From Anaerolineae bacterium (lineage in GTDB: Bacteria > Chloroflexota > Anaerolineae > B4-G1 > DUEL01), in assembly GCA_034434755.1 (NCBI GenBank), contig DAOTYW010000229.1:1-34709 (forward strand): a stretch of 34,709 bases of DNA, given 5' to 3'. This document shows, in pieces, positions 23,672 through 31,832 of the stretch; the stretch's first letter is position 1, and the number at the start of each line of letters is the position of its first letter. A program made the position numbers and the translations under genes. The notes below the pieces were generated by a model, which made no database searches, had not been told where the DNA came from, and saw only the letters and a program-made list of their open reading frames with translations.

Positions 23672-26600
23672 GTGACATCGAAATGGATCGTTCGCCTCGT
23701 GGCGCTGCAGCGGCGACAACGCCGGCGCGTCCGCACCAACACGGGCCCCAACCGCCTCCTGCGGATCCTGGGGGCCATGATGCTGATGCTCCTGATGGCC
23801 AATCTGCTGTCCGTCGCCGGCCTCGTCGGCGGCGCAGTGAGTGTCTACGCCTACTTCGCCCAGGACCTGCCCGATCCACAGGACATCGAGTTCGTCGAGC
23901 AAGACTTCGAGACCACGCGCATCTACGACCGCACGGGGCAGGTGTTGCTGTGGGAGGTCATTGATCCCCACGCGGGCGATCGGGTGTGGGTGCCGCTGGA
24001 TCAGGTGCCCGCCGATCTGATCTGCGCCACGGTCGCCATCGAGGACCGCACGTTCTGGGAGAATCCCGGTTTCAACGTGCGCGGCATGCTGCGCGCCTTC
24101 ACCGCCAACCTGCGCGGTCAACAGGTGCAGGGCGGTTCCTCCATCACCCAGCAGTTGATCAAGAACGTGCTCATCGCGCCGGAGGAGCGCGTCGTTGGCG
24201 TCGAGGGGCCGGACCTCCAGGACTACGCGCGCAAGGTCCGCGAGCTGATCCTGGCCGTGGAGATCACCCGCCGCTACAGCAAGGAACAGATCCTGGAGTG
24301 GTATCTGAACACCAACTTCTACGGCAACCTGGCCTACGGGATCGAGGCGGCGGCGCAGGTCTACTTTGGCAAGCCGGTCAGCCAGCTCACCCTGGCCGAG
24401 GCGGCGACCCTGGCGGCGATCCCCCAGTACCCACAGATGAACCCGTTCGACAATCCCGAAGCCGCCCGACAGCGCCAGAACCTGGTGCTCGACCAGATGG
24501 TCACCCAAGGCTGCATCACGCCCGAAGAAGCCGCGGCCGCTGCCGTCGAGCCCTGGCATCTGGCCTCGGCCTCGGCGCAGTTCGATTTCCTGGCCCCGCA
24601 CTTCTCGGTCTACGTGCGCAATCAGTTGGAGCAGATGTTCGGGCCGGACATGGTCTACCGCGGCGGGCTGCGCGTCTACACCACGCTGGACTACGAGCTG
24701 CAGCAGCAGGCCGAGTGCGTGGCGCGGGCGCAGGTGCGCCGCCTCTCTGGGGAGGACGAGCAGACGGTGCTGGCCGAGTCCCTCGCCGCCGGCTGCGCGG
24801 CCGCTCAGTACCTGCCGGCGCTGCGCGCCCGCGACGTGGGGGTGGACCACCACATCTCCAACGCCGCCGTCGTCAGCCTGCGTCCCGGCACCGGCGAGAT
24901 CCTGGCCATGGTCGGCAGCCTGGACTACTGGAACGACGCCATTGATGGCCGCTACAATGCCGCCCTGGGCCTGCGCCAGCCCGGCTCTTCCTTCAAACCG
25001 TTCACCTACGTGACCCTGCTCTCGCAGGGGTACAACGCCGCGCAGCTCTTCTGGGACGTGCGCACGGCGTTCCAACAGCCTGGCCAACCACCCTACGTGC
25101 CGGAGAACTACGATCGTCGCTACCACGGCCCGCAGCGCCTCCGCCTGGCCCTGGCCCGTTCCTATAACATCCCGGCGGTCGCTGCCCTGCAACTGGCCGG
25201 CGTGGATAACGTCATCCGCACCGCCCACCGCATGGGCATCAACAGCCTTGACCGTGGGCTGGATTACTACGGCCTCAGCCTGACCCTGGGCGGCGGCGAG
25301 GTCAGCCTGATGGACATGGTCTACGCCTACAGCGTCTTCGCCAACGGCGGGAAGATGATCGGTCAGCCTATCCCCGTTGAGGAGATCCGTTCCGGCTACC
25401 GCGAACTGAACCCGGTGGCGATCCTGCGCGTCGAGGACCGCAACGGCACCGTGCTCTACCAGTACGACCAGCCTGCACAGCGTGAGATCCTCAGCCCGCA
25501 ACTGGCTTACCTGATGGTCAACATCCTCTCCGATCGCCAGGCGCGGTGGGCTGCTTTCGGCCACCCCAACCCGCTGGAGCTCTCCAACGACCGCCCGGCG
25601 GCGGTCAAGACCGGCACGACGAACGACTTCCGCGATAACTGGACGATCGGCTTCACGCCGCAGCTCGTCACCGGCGTCTGGATCGGCAACTCCGATAACA
25701 GCGAGATGGAGAACCTGCCCGGTTCCGAAGGGGCAGCGCCCATCTGGCACGCGGTCATGGAGTACGCCCTGCGCGACCAGGAGATCCTCCCCTTCGTGCG
25801 CCCTGATGGACTGATCGAGATGCAGGTCTGCGCGGTCTCCGGGCACCTGCCCACCGACCACTGCCCGCGGGTCACCGAACTGTTCATCGCCGGCACGGAA
25901 CCGACCGAGACCTGCACCCTGCACCAGGTCTTCCGCGTCAACCGCGAGACCGGTCGCCTGTGCACGGTCTTCACCCCGCCGGAGCTGTGCGAGGAGCGCG
26001 TCTACGAGGTCTACCCACCCGAAGCCGCCGACTGGCTGGCCAGCCTGGACGAGGAGGACCGCCCGCCCACACCGCCGACGGAGTACGACACGATCTACGG
26101 CCCCAGCGCGACCAGCGCCGAGGTAGCGATCCTCCAGCCGGCCCCCTATGCCTACGTCCCCTCCAGCGTCATCACCATCACCGGCAACGCCCGTGGAGGG
26201 GACTTCGCCTTCTACCGGCTGGCCTTCGGCGAGGGGATGAACCCAGCGACCTGGATACAGATCGGGCCCGACCACTACGAGCCGGTGGACAACAACATCC
26301 TGGAGTACTGGAACACGAGCGGGCTGTCCGGATTGTACAGCCTGCAACTGATGGTGGTGGACCACAGCCAGGCGGTCCGCCAGGCGACGATCCAGGTGAC
26401 GGTGGACGACGAACCGCCGACGGTCAACCTGAACTACCCGCCGAACGGCCAGGTCTACACCTATGGGCAGGACGAGTGGGTCACCATCAACGCCGATGTG
26501 AACGACAACTATGCCATCGGGCGGGTGGAGTTCTTCCGCAACGACGAGGAAGCACCATTCGCCGTGCGCACCATCCAGCCCTATAACGTCAACTGGATCA

Positions 26601-26704
26601 TCAACGAACTGGGCGAGCAACGCTTCCGTGTCATCGTCTACGACGCCGCTGGCAACCGCGCCGAGTCCCGCACCGTGACCATCCGCGTCCAGCCACAGCC
26701 ATAA
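23672..26704 (+). CDS. class A penicillin-binding protein (glycosyltransferase GT51 + transpeptidase) with C-terminal Ig-like domains
   Basis: 1010 aa. GT51 motifs IEDRTFWENPGFN and GGSSITQQL. Transpeptidase motifs SSFK (SxxK), SYN (SxN) and KTGTT. The C-terminal ~250 aa are beta-rich with an Ig-like repeat character. Confidence 0.93.
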   Translation: MTSKWIVRLVALQRRQRRRVRTNTGPNRLLRILGAMMLMLLMANLLSVAGLVGGAVSVYAYFAQDLPDPQDIEFVEQDFETTRIYDRTGQVLLWEVIDPHAGDRVWVPLDQVPADLICATVAIEDRTFWENPGFNVRGMLRAFTANLRGQQVQGGSSITQQLIKNVLIAPEERVVGVEGPDLQDYARKVRELILAVEITRRYSKEQILEWYLNTNFYGNLAYGIEAAAQVYFGKPVSQLTLAEAATLAAIPQYPQMNPFDNPEAARQRQNLVLDQMVTQGCITPEEAAAAAVEPWHLASASAQFDFLAPHFSVYVRNQLEQMFGPDMVYRGGLRVYTTLDYELQQQAECVARAQVRRLSGEDEQTVLAESLAAGCAAAQYLPALRARDVGVDHHISNAAVVSLRPGTGEILAMVGSLDYWNDAIDGRYNAALGLRQPGSSFKPFTYVTLLSQGYNAAQLFWDVRTAFQQPGQPPYVPENYDRRYHGPQRLRLALARSYNIPAVAALQLAGVDNVIRTAHRMGINSLDRGLDYYGLSLTLGGGEVSLMDMVYAYSVFANGGKMIGQPIPVEEIRSGYRELNPVAILRVEDRNGTVLYQYDQPAQREILSPQLAYLMVNILSDRQARWAAFGHPNPLELSNDRPAAVKTGTTNDFRDNWTIGFTPQLVTGVWIGNSDNSEMENLPGSEGAAPIWHAVMEYALRDQEILPFVRPDGLIEMQVCAVSGHLPTDHCPRVTELFIAGTEPTETCTLHQVFRVNRETGRLCTVFTPPELCEERVYEVYPPEAADWLASLDEEDRPPTPPTEYDTIYGPSATSAEVAILQPAPYAYVPSSVITITGNARGGDFAFYRLAFGEGMNPATWIQIGPDHYEPVDNNILEYWNTSGLSGLYSLQLMVVDHSQAVRQATIQVTVDDEPPTVNLNYPPNGQVYTYGQDEWVTINADVNDNYAIGRVEFFRNDEEAPFAVRTIQPYNVNWIINELGEQRFRVIVYDAAGNRAESRTVTIRVQPQP

Positions 26705-26737
26705 ACGCCGGCCCCCCGCACCACGGACCCCGCATAG

Positions 26738-26758
26738 CTGTTGCGTGTTCCGTGTTGC
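26738..26758. repeat. three heptamers of the GTGTTGC family
   Basis: CTGTTGC-GTGTTCC-GTGTTGC. It has the same unit and orientation as the array at 34301-34328. Confidence 0.6.
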
Positions 26759-26788
26759 GTGGCCATTGTTCATTGGTCATGGTTCCAT

Positions 26789-26817
26789 TTGACACCTTGT
26801 CCCATCTGTGTTATCAT
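26789..26817 (+). promoter_or_regulatory. sigma-70-type promoter for infC-rpmI-rplT: TTGACA-17 nt-TGtTATCAT
   Basis: Perfect -35 at 26789-26794, TGn at 26809-26811 and -10 TATCAT at 26812-26817. Confidence 0.5.
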
Positions 26818-26886
26818 TGTCCACGCTCGCGCCTGGGGCGGGCATTTCGATTTGACCAGCCAACAGCCGTCGTGAGGTAAGCGAAG

Positions 26887-27537
26887 ATCAGAAGGAGACG
26901 ACCGAAAAAATTCAGGAAAGACCTCCGAGGGTCTTACCGGATCAACCAACAGATCCGCGTGCGTGAGGTGCGGTTGATCGGCGCGAACCGCGAGCACTAT
27001 GGCATCGTGTCGATCCGCGAGGCCCTGGAACGGGCCCGCGAAGCCAATCTCGACCTGGTCGAGATCTCCCCCAATGCAGAGCCGCCCGTGGCGCGGATCA
27101 TGGACTATGGCCGGTTCATCTACGAACAGGCCAAAAAGGAACGGGAGACGCGTAAGACCCAGAAGTTGGTGGAGGTGAAGGAGTTCCGCCTGCGGCCGCG
27201 CACCAACGAGCACGACCGGGAGATCAAAATGGATCAGGCCCGCAAGTGGCTCGAAGAGGGGATGAAGGTCAAGGTGCGCATCCGCTTCCGTGGGCGGGAG
27301 ATCACCTACCCCGAACTGGCCCACGGGCAACTGCTGGAGGTCGCCCAAGAGCTGGCGGACGTGGCGGTGGTCGAGCAGGAGCCGGACCTGGAGGGCCAGA
27401 CGATGTTGATGATCCTGGCGCCCAAGAAGGGAGCGGGCGCTGGGGTAAGAAGCGACGAGGAATACGAAGACGAAGACGAAGAAGACGAATACGAAGAAGA
27501 CGAAATCGAAGAGGACGAGGAAAGTGCCGAAGATTAA
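26887..27537 (+). CDS. infC: translation initiation factor IF-3, probable non-canonical (ATC) start, with an acidic C-terminal tail
   Basis: The conserved IF3 N-terminal motif RINQQIRVREVRLIG starts upstream of the track start (GTG 26959). The frame is open back to TAA at 26878-26880. It contains no ATG/GTG/TTG before that motif, only ATC at 26887, which lies 9 nt after GAGG. N- and C-domains are typical up to MILAPKK. Confidence 0.85.
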   Translation: MRRRRPKKFRKDLRGSYRINQQIRVREVRLIGANREHYGIVSIREALERAREANLDLVEISPNAEPPVARIMDYGRFIYEQAKKERETRKTQKLVEVKEFRLRPRTNEHDREIKMDQARKWLEEGMKVKVRIRFRGREITYPELAHGQLLEVAQELADVAVVEQEPDLEGQTMLMILAPKKGAGAGVRSDEEYEDEDEEDEYEEDEIEEDEESAED

Positions 27538-27745
27538 GACACACAAGTCCACGTCGAAGCGTTTCCGCTTGACGAAGGGCGGCAAAGGCAAGCTGCAGAT
27601 GCCGAAGATCGGCAAGTCACACCGGCGGCGCATGAAGAGCCCGCGGGTGAAGCGCATGTTCGACGAAATGCAGGTCATCGAAGCCAGGGGGCTGGACCGG
27701 CGCGTCCGCCGCCTGGCGCCGTATTTGCAAGAGAAGGGGAAGTAG
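27524..27745 (+). CDS. rpmI: 50S ribosomal protein L35
   Basis: 73 aa, MPKIKTHKSTSKRF. The GTG start overlaps the infC 3' end by 14 nt. Confidence 0.93.
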   Translation: MPKIKTHKSTSKRFRLTKGGKGKLQMPKIGKSHRRRMKSPRVKRMFDEMQVIEARGLDRRVRRLAPYLQEKGK

Positions 27746-27749
27746 GGCC

Positions 27750-28100
27750 GTGAGAGTCAAGGGTGGAACCAGGACGCATTACCGTCACCAGAAGATCCTC
27801 CGTCAGAACCGGGGATACTACGGCTCCCGCCATCGGCTCTGGGCGCGGGCGAACGAAGCCTGGCTGAAGGCGCAATGGTACGCCTACCGCGACCGGCGCA
27901 ACCGGCGACGGGACATGCGCCGGCTATGGATCGTGCGCATCAACGCGGCAGCGCGCCAGAACGGCCTCTCCTACAGCCGCCTGATCCACGGGCTGCAGCA
28001 GGCCCAGATAGCGTTGGACCGCAAGGTGCTGGCGGACATCGCCGTGCGCGACCCGCAGACCTTTGCCCGTATCGCGGCGGTGGCGCGGGAAGCGATATAG
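27750..28100 (+). CDS. rplT: 50S ribosomal protein L20
   Basis: 116 aa, typical L20 sequence (RVKGGTRTHYRHQKILRQNRGYYG...LADIAVRDP), GTG start. Confidence 0.95.
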   Translation: MRVKGGTRTHYRHQKILRQNRGYYGSRHRLWARANEAWLKAQWYAYRDRRNRRRDMRRLWIVRINAAARQNGLSYSRLIHGLQQAQIALDRKVLADIAVRDPQTFARIAAVAREAI

Positions 28101-28140
28101 ACCGTCCACTACCACGTCGTCCATCGGCAGCAACACGAAA

Positions 28141-28174
28141 GGGTGGGAGCGATACGCTCCCACCCTTGTTGTTT
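28141..28174 (+). terminator. intrinsic terminator after rplT
   Basis: GGGTGGGAGCG-ata-CGCTCCCACCC (11-bp perfect stem), followed by TTGTTGTTT. Confidence 0.8.
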
Positions 28175-28228
28175 AGCGGTGAGTTCCGGTCATCCCTCGC
28201 CATCAACCATCGGGGGGGACAGCGGGCG

Positions 28229-28262
28229 GGAAACGAACAGGGCCGGCGTCGCCCGCCGGCCC
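28229..28262 (-). terminator. probable intrinsic terminator after ssrA
   Basis: On the minus strand, GGGCCGGCG-ggcga-CGCCGGCCC starts 5 nt after the tmRNA CCA end and is followed by TGTTCGTTT. Confidence 0.55.
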
Positions 28263-28267
28263 TGCCG

Positions 28268-28649
28268 TGGTGGAGATGGCGGGAATCGAACCCGCGTCCG
28301 AAGAATTCGTCCAGGGACTTCTACGAGCGTAGTCGGCCCTTTCACGTCCCCTGGGGAGCCGCCGCCGACCGCGCTGCACCCAGAGCCAGCCGATATGTCT
28401 CAGGCGGCCGTATCGGCATCCGACCGCCGCCCGCCGGCATTATCACACCGGGCCCCCGGCCCACCGGCGCGAGACCGAGGGGGGCGGGACCGCACGCGGC
28501 GATCCGGTTTGTTCCCTTTCCGCACTAGGCGTAGACGGGAACGGATGCCCAGTTGTTGGCATTCTTGGGTTCGCTCAGTTGTTCACGGGGCCCGAGCGCC
28601 CCGGCTCGCCGTCCGTGGTCAGCCTTCCCCGTCGAAACCGTTCATCCCC
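28268..28649 (-). ncRNA. ssrA: tmRNA (SsrA), about 382 nt
   Basis: The minus-strand 5' end is GGGGATGAACGGTTTCGACGGGG. The 3' end is GGACGCGGGTTCGATTCCCGCCATCTCCACCA. The acceptor stem pairs GGGGAUG with CAUCUCC, including the G3:U alanine identity pair. It has a T-arm and a CCA end. The candidate tag ORF is GCC AAC AAC UGG GCA UCC GUU CCC GUC UAC GCC UAG. Confidence 0.9.
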
Positions 28650-28661
28650 ACGGATACTTGT

Positions 28662-28690
28662 ATCGTACCACACCCTCGGCTTCCTGTCAA
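28662..28690 (-). promoter_or_regulatory. sigma-70-type promoter for ssrA: TTGACA-17 nt-TGgTACGAT
   Basis: On the minus strand the perfect -35 is at 28690-28685 and the -10 TACGAT at 28667-28662, preceded by TGG. It lies about 12 nt upstream of the mature 5' GGGG. Confidence 0.55.
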
Positions 28691-28701
28691 TGCCCGCGCC
28701 C

Positions 28702-29853
28702 CTACACCAGCCGCCCGAAGAGGGCGGCAGTCTGGCGGGCGATGCGCTCCCAGGCGAACTCGGCGGCCAGCGCCGCCGCCCCCGCCTCCAGGCGCGTCCG
28801 CAGCGCGTCGTCCGCCGCCAGGCGGGCCACCGCGTCGGCCATCCCCTCTACGTCCCGTGGCGCCACCAGCAACATGGTCTCGCCGTCGCGCACCTCCGGC
28901 AGCGGCACGGCCGGCCGCGTGGTGACGATCGCCCGCCCGTGCGCCAGGCAGGCGTGCAGCGTCCCCCGACGCAAGGAAACCCCGTCGCGGTACGGCAGCA
29001 GACAGACGTCGGTCGCCAGCAGTCCCGCCGAGACGATCTGCGGATCAGTGTAGCCGGTCCAGTGGACGCGCCCACCCAGGCCCAGTTCGGCGATCAGCCG
29101 CTCCACCCGCCCGGCGTAGGCGCGATTGGTCGGGTCAGAACTACCCACCCGCCCGCCGACCATCAGCAGGTGAGCCGGCAGTCCCCGCTCCACCAAAAGG
29201 GCCAACGTCCGCACCAGCTCCTCGCCGCCCTTGCTCTCGTTCAGGAAGCCGAAGTAGCCCACCAGCAGGTCGTGGGGGCCGACCGACCAGCGCGCTCGCT
29301 CGGCGAGGCGGTCGTAGCCCGGCGGGGGCGCCGGAGCGATGTTGCTGCCGATGGGGATGAGCGCCAGCCGGTCGCCGGCGACCTCCCGCTCCAGCCGCAG
29401 GTAATCCTCGCGGTTGGTGACGATGGCCGCGTTGGCGCAGCGGGCCAGCCGGCGCACGACCCACCAGCGCAGCGGCCCGGCCTTCGGGAAGAGGTAGGGC
29501 ACCCTCAGGTCGTGGAACGTCACCGCCAGCGGCGGCCGCTCGTCCGGCGGCGGGACGAAGTGGATCGCCGGGTGCATCCCGTAGGCGACGGTCTGGTACT
29601 GCAGGTCGAGCACGTCCAGCGCCAGCTCCCGCGCCAGCCGCAGCACCTCCCGCCAGCAGCCCCAGCGCCACGTGGGGATGGCGCGGTGGATGGAGAGAGA
29701 CGCGTCGGTGGCGCGATCCGCCGCCGGCGTTGCGCCGGTGAGTACGTGCACCTCGTGCCCCAGTCCCGCCAGCGCCAGCCCCAGCTCGCGGGTGAAATCA
29801 CCCACCCCGCCCTGCATCGGCGGGTATTCGCCGCTTACCAGTCCCATGCGCAT
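28702..29853 (-). CDS. GT4-family (GT-B fold) glycosyltransferase
   Basis: 383 aa. The N-terminal YPPMQGGVGDFTRELGLALAGLGHEVHVLTG and the C-terminal Glycos_transf_1-like region are typical of GT4 enzymes. Confidence 0.85.
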   Translation of the reverse strand: MRMGLVSGEYPPMQGGVGDFTRELGLALAGLGHEVHVLTGATPAADRATDASLSIHRAIPTWRWGCWREVLRLARELALDVLDLQYQTVAYGMHPAIHFVPPPDERPPLAVTFHDLRVPYLFPKAGPLRWWVVRRLARCANAAIVTNREDYLRLEREVAGDRLALIPIGSNIAPAPPPGYDRLAERARWSVGPHDLLVGYFGFLNESKGGEELVRTLALLVERGLPAHLLMVGGRVGSSDPTNRAYAGRVERLIAELGLGGRVHWTGYTDPQIVSAGLLATDVCLLPYRDGVSLRRGTLHACLAHGRAIVTTRPAVPLPEVRDGETMLLVAPRDVEGMADAVARLAADDALRTRLEAGAAALAAEFAWERIARQTAALFGRLV

Positions 29854-29871
29854 ATTCCTGCTCCGTGCCTG

Positions 29872-30843
29872 TCAAGCGGACCCTCCTGCAGGCTTGAGGC
29901 CTGCGGGAGGGTCGTCCGTGCGGGACCGCAGCCCTGAGCGCAGCACCTGCCAGTAGGCGGCGATCCGCTGCGCCCGCAGCGGCCGTTTGTGACCGATCAG
30001 CCACTTGCCTCCCTCCAGCGCCGTCTGCCCGGCGTAGTTCGCCAGCAGGAACAGCCGCAAGAGCTGCCCGACCAGCGGGCCGTGGAACTTACGGAAGTAG
30101 CGCACCTTGCTGGTCTGGAAGTGAATGTGGCGGGCGGCGACGACCTGCTCGCTGCTCTTGCCGCGATGGTGGATGACCTGGGCAGTGGGCAGGTAGACCA
30201 CCCGCCAGCCGGCCTGACGGAAGCGCCGGCACCAGTCCAGCTCCTCCGAGTACATGAAGTAGCCCTCGTCCAGCGGACCCACCTGCTGGATGGCCGTGCG
30301 GCGGGCCAGCAGCGCCGCCCCGTCCACCCAGTCTACGTCCTGCACCGCGTCGTCGGGCCGGTCGAGGACGTAGTAACGCCGCAGCAGGCGGCGCGGAGCG
30401 AGCGGCTGCAGCCAGGTGGACTCGAACAGGGCAGTCGCCAGGGTGGGGAAGCGGCGACGGGAGGACTGCACCGAACCGTCGGGGTGGAGCAGTTGCGGCC
30501 CGATCACCCCCACGTCGGGATGGGCGTCGGCGAAGGCGATCAGCGTGGTCAGCGCGTTGCCCACGATCTCGGTGTCCGGGTTGAGGATCATCACGTAGCG
30601 TCCCCGCGCCACGGCCAGCCCGGCGTTGTTGCCGCCCGGATAGCCCAGGTTCACTTCGCTGGCAATCAGGCGGACGGTCGGGAACTCCTGGCGCACCATC
30701 TCCACACTGCCGTCGGAGGAGGCGTTGTCCACGACGATGACTTGGAGGTTGGAGGTTGGAGGTTGGAGGATGGAGAGGAGACAGCGGCGTAGGAGGTCAC
30801 GGACGTTCCAGTTGACGATGATGATGGAGAGGTCCGGTTCCAT
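29872..30843 (-). CDS. GT2-family glycosyltransferase
   Basis: I chose ATG at 30843 (MEPDLSIIIVNWN). The track start would overlap the upstream gene. Motifs: VIVVDNASSDGS, NLGYPGGNNAG and ILNPD. Confidence 0.85.
   Translation of the reverse strand: MEPDLSIIIVNWNVRDLLRRCLLSILQPPTSNLQVIVVDNASSDGSVEMVRQEFPTVRLIASEVNLGYPGGNNAGLAVARGRYVMILNPDTEIVGNALTTLIAFADAHPDVGVIGPQLLHPDGSVQSSRRRFPTLATALFESTWLQPLAPRRLLRRYYVLDRPDDAVQDVDWVDGAALLARRTAIQQVGPLDEGYFMYSEELDWCRRFRQAGWRVVYLPTAQVIHHRGKSSEQVVAARHIHFQTSKVRYFRKFHGPLVGQLLRLFLLANYAGQTALEGGKWLIGHKRPLRAQRIAAYWQVLRSGLRSRTDDPPAGLKPAGGSA
29880..29912. repeat. palindromic hairpin of the CCTGCGGGAGGG family, inside the last 13 codons of the GT2 gene
   Basis: ACCCTCCTGCAGGC-ttgag-GCCTGCGGGAGGGT: a 14-bp stem with one G-U position. 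Confidence 0.75.
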
Positions 30844-30862
30844 TTGTCGGGTACCCGGCGGA

Positions 30863-31825
30863 TCAGAAGCGGCGGCGGATGGTGAAATCGGCCAGTTCGA
30901 GCAACGCGGCCCGATAGGGATCATCGGCGAGCGGGTGCAGCGCAGCTTTGGCCTGTTCGGCATGCTGGCGGGCGGTCTGCAGCGCCTGCCCGGTGGCCGG
31001 CGAAGCGGCGATGATTTGCACAGCCGTCCGCACCGCCTCGTCGGTAGGGTTCTCCAGCGCCCGACGGACGGCGGGGTCGTCGGGATGCTCCTCCAGGTAG
31101 CACAGGGTGGGCAGGGTGATCAACCCCTGGCGTAGGTCGCTGCCGACAGGCTTGCCCAGCGTCTCCTCGTCGGCAACGAAGTCCAGCACGTCATCCACGA
31201 TCTGGAAAGCCAGGCCCAACCGTTCGCCGTAGGCGCGCAGCGCGCCCATCGTCCGCGCATCGGCGGCGGCCAGGATGGCCCCGGCCTCGGCGGAGAGCGC
31301 GATCAGGGAAGCGGTCTTGGCGTAGATGCGCTGCTCGTACTCCTGGCAGGACGCCTGGCGGCGCCGCCCGTCGAACAACTGGCGCACCTCGCCGTTGCAG
31401 ATAACCATCAGCGTCTCGGCGAAGCGGCTCATCAAGCGGACGTTGTCGGTCAGCGAGACCAGGTAGGCGGCGCGGGCGAAGACGTAGTCGCCGGTCAGCA
31501 CCGTCGCGCCGGGCGTCCAGGAGGCGTTGAGCGTGCCGACGCCACGGCGGACGAGCGAACCGTCCACCAGGTCGTCGTGGATCAGGGTAGCCGTGTGGAG
31601 CATCTCGACGGCGGCGGCGGCGTAGATCGCCTGTCGGAGGTCGGCGCCGCAGAGGCGAGCCGAGAGAAGCGTCAGTGTCGGCCGCAGCCGCTTCCCGCCG
31701 CCGCCGATCAGGAGATCGAGCGCCGCGCCGATCGCCTCATGCTGATCGACCGGGCGCTCGCGCAGGAGCGCCTCCGTGCGCTCCAGGTCGTCGCGGATCA
31801 AGTCGAGAACAGATACATGGTTCAA
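30863..31825 (-). CDS. trans-polyprenyl diphosphate synthase (chain length not determinable)
   Basis: First Asp-rich motif LIHDDLVDGS and second Asp-rich motif FQIVDDVLDF. The only plausible start is TTG at 31825, with GAGG 7-8 nt upstream. Confidence 0.88.
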   Translation of the reverse strand: MNHVSVLDLIRDDLERTEALLRERPVDQHEAIGAALDLLIGGGGKRLRPTLTLLSARLCGADLRQAIYAAAAVEMLHTATLIHDDLVDGSLVRRGVGTLNASWTPGATVLTGDYVFARAAYLVSLTDNVRLMSRFAETLMVICNGEVRQLFDGRRRQASCQEYEQRIYAKTASLIALSAEAGAILAAADARTMGALRAYGERLGLAFQIVDDVLDFVADEETLGKPVGSDLRQGLITLPTLCYLEEHPDDPAVRRALENPTDEAVRTAVQIIAASPATGQALQTARQHAEQAKAALHPLADDPYRAALLELADFTIRRRF

Positions 31826-31832
31826 GCGTACG

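Noticed and set aside
23648-26773. 1041-aa minus-strand ORF opposite the PBP gene
   Set aside because: It is antisense to a PBP with all GT51 and transpeptidase motifs in order. It has a low-complexity Gly/Arg/Val/Asp-rich composition and no recognisable family. This is a high-GC artefact.
26818-26886. L20-binding leader (as in Bacillus infC operons) in the infC 5' UTR
   Set aside because: The predicted leader is only about 65 nt. I could not identify a convincing 23S-mimic structure by eye, so the claim cannot be supported without a covariance-model search.
26770-27678. 302-aa minus-strand ORF with an FVFFVFVFFVFVF segment
   Set aside because: It is antisense to infC and rpmI. The Phe/Val run is the reverse translation of the acidic-tail repeat.
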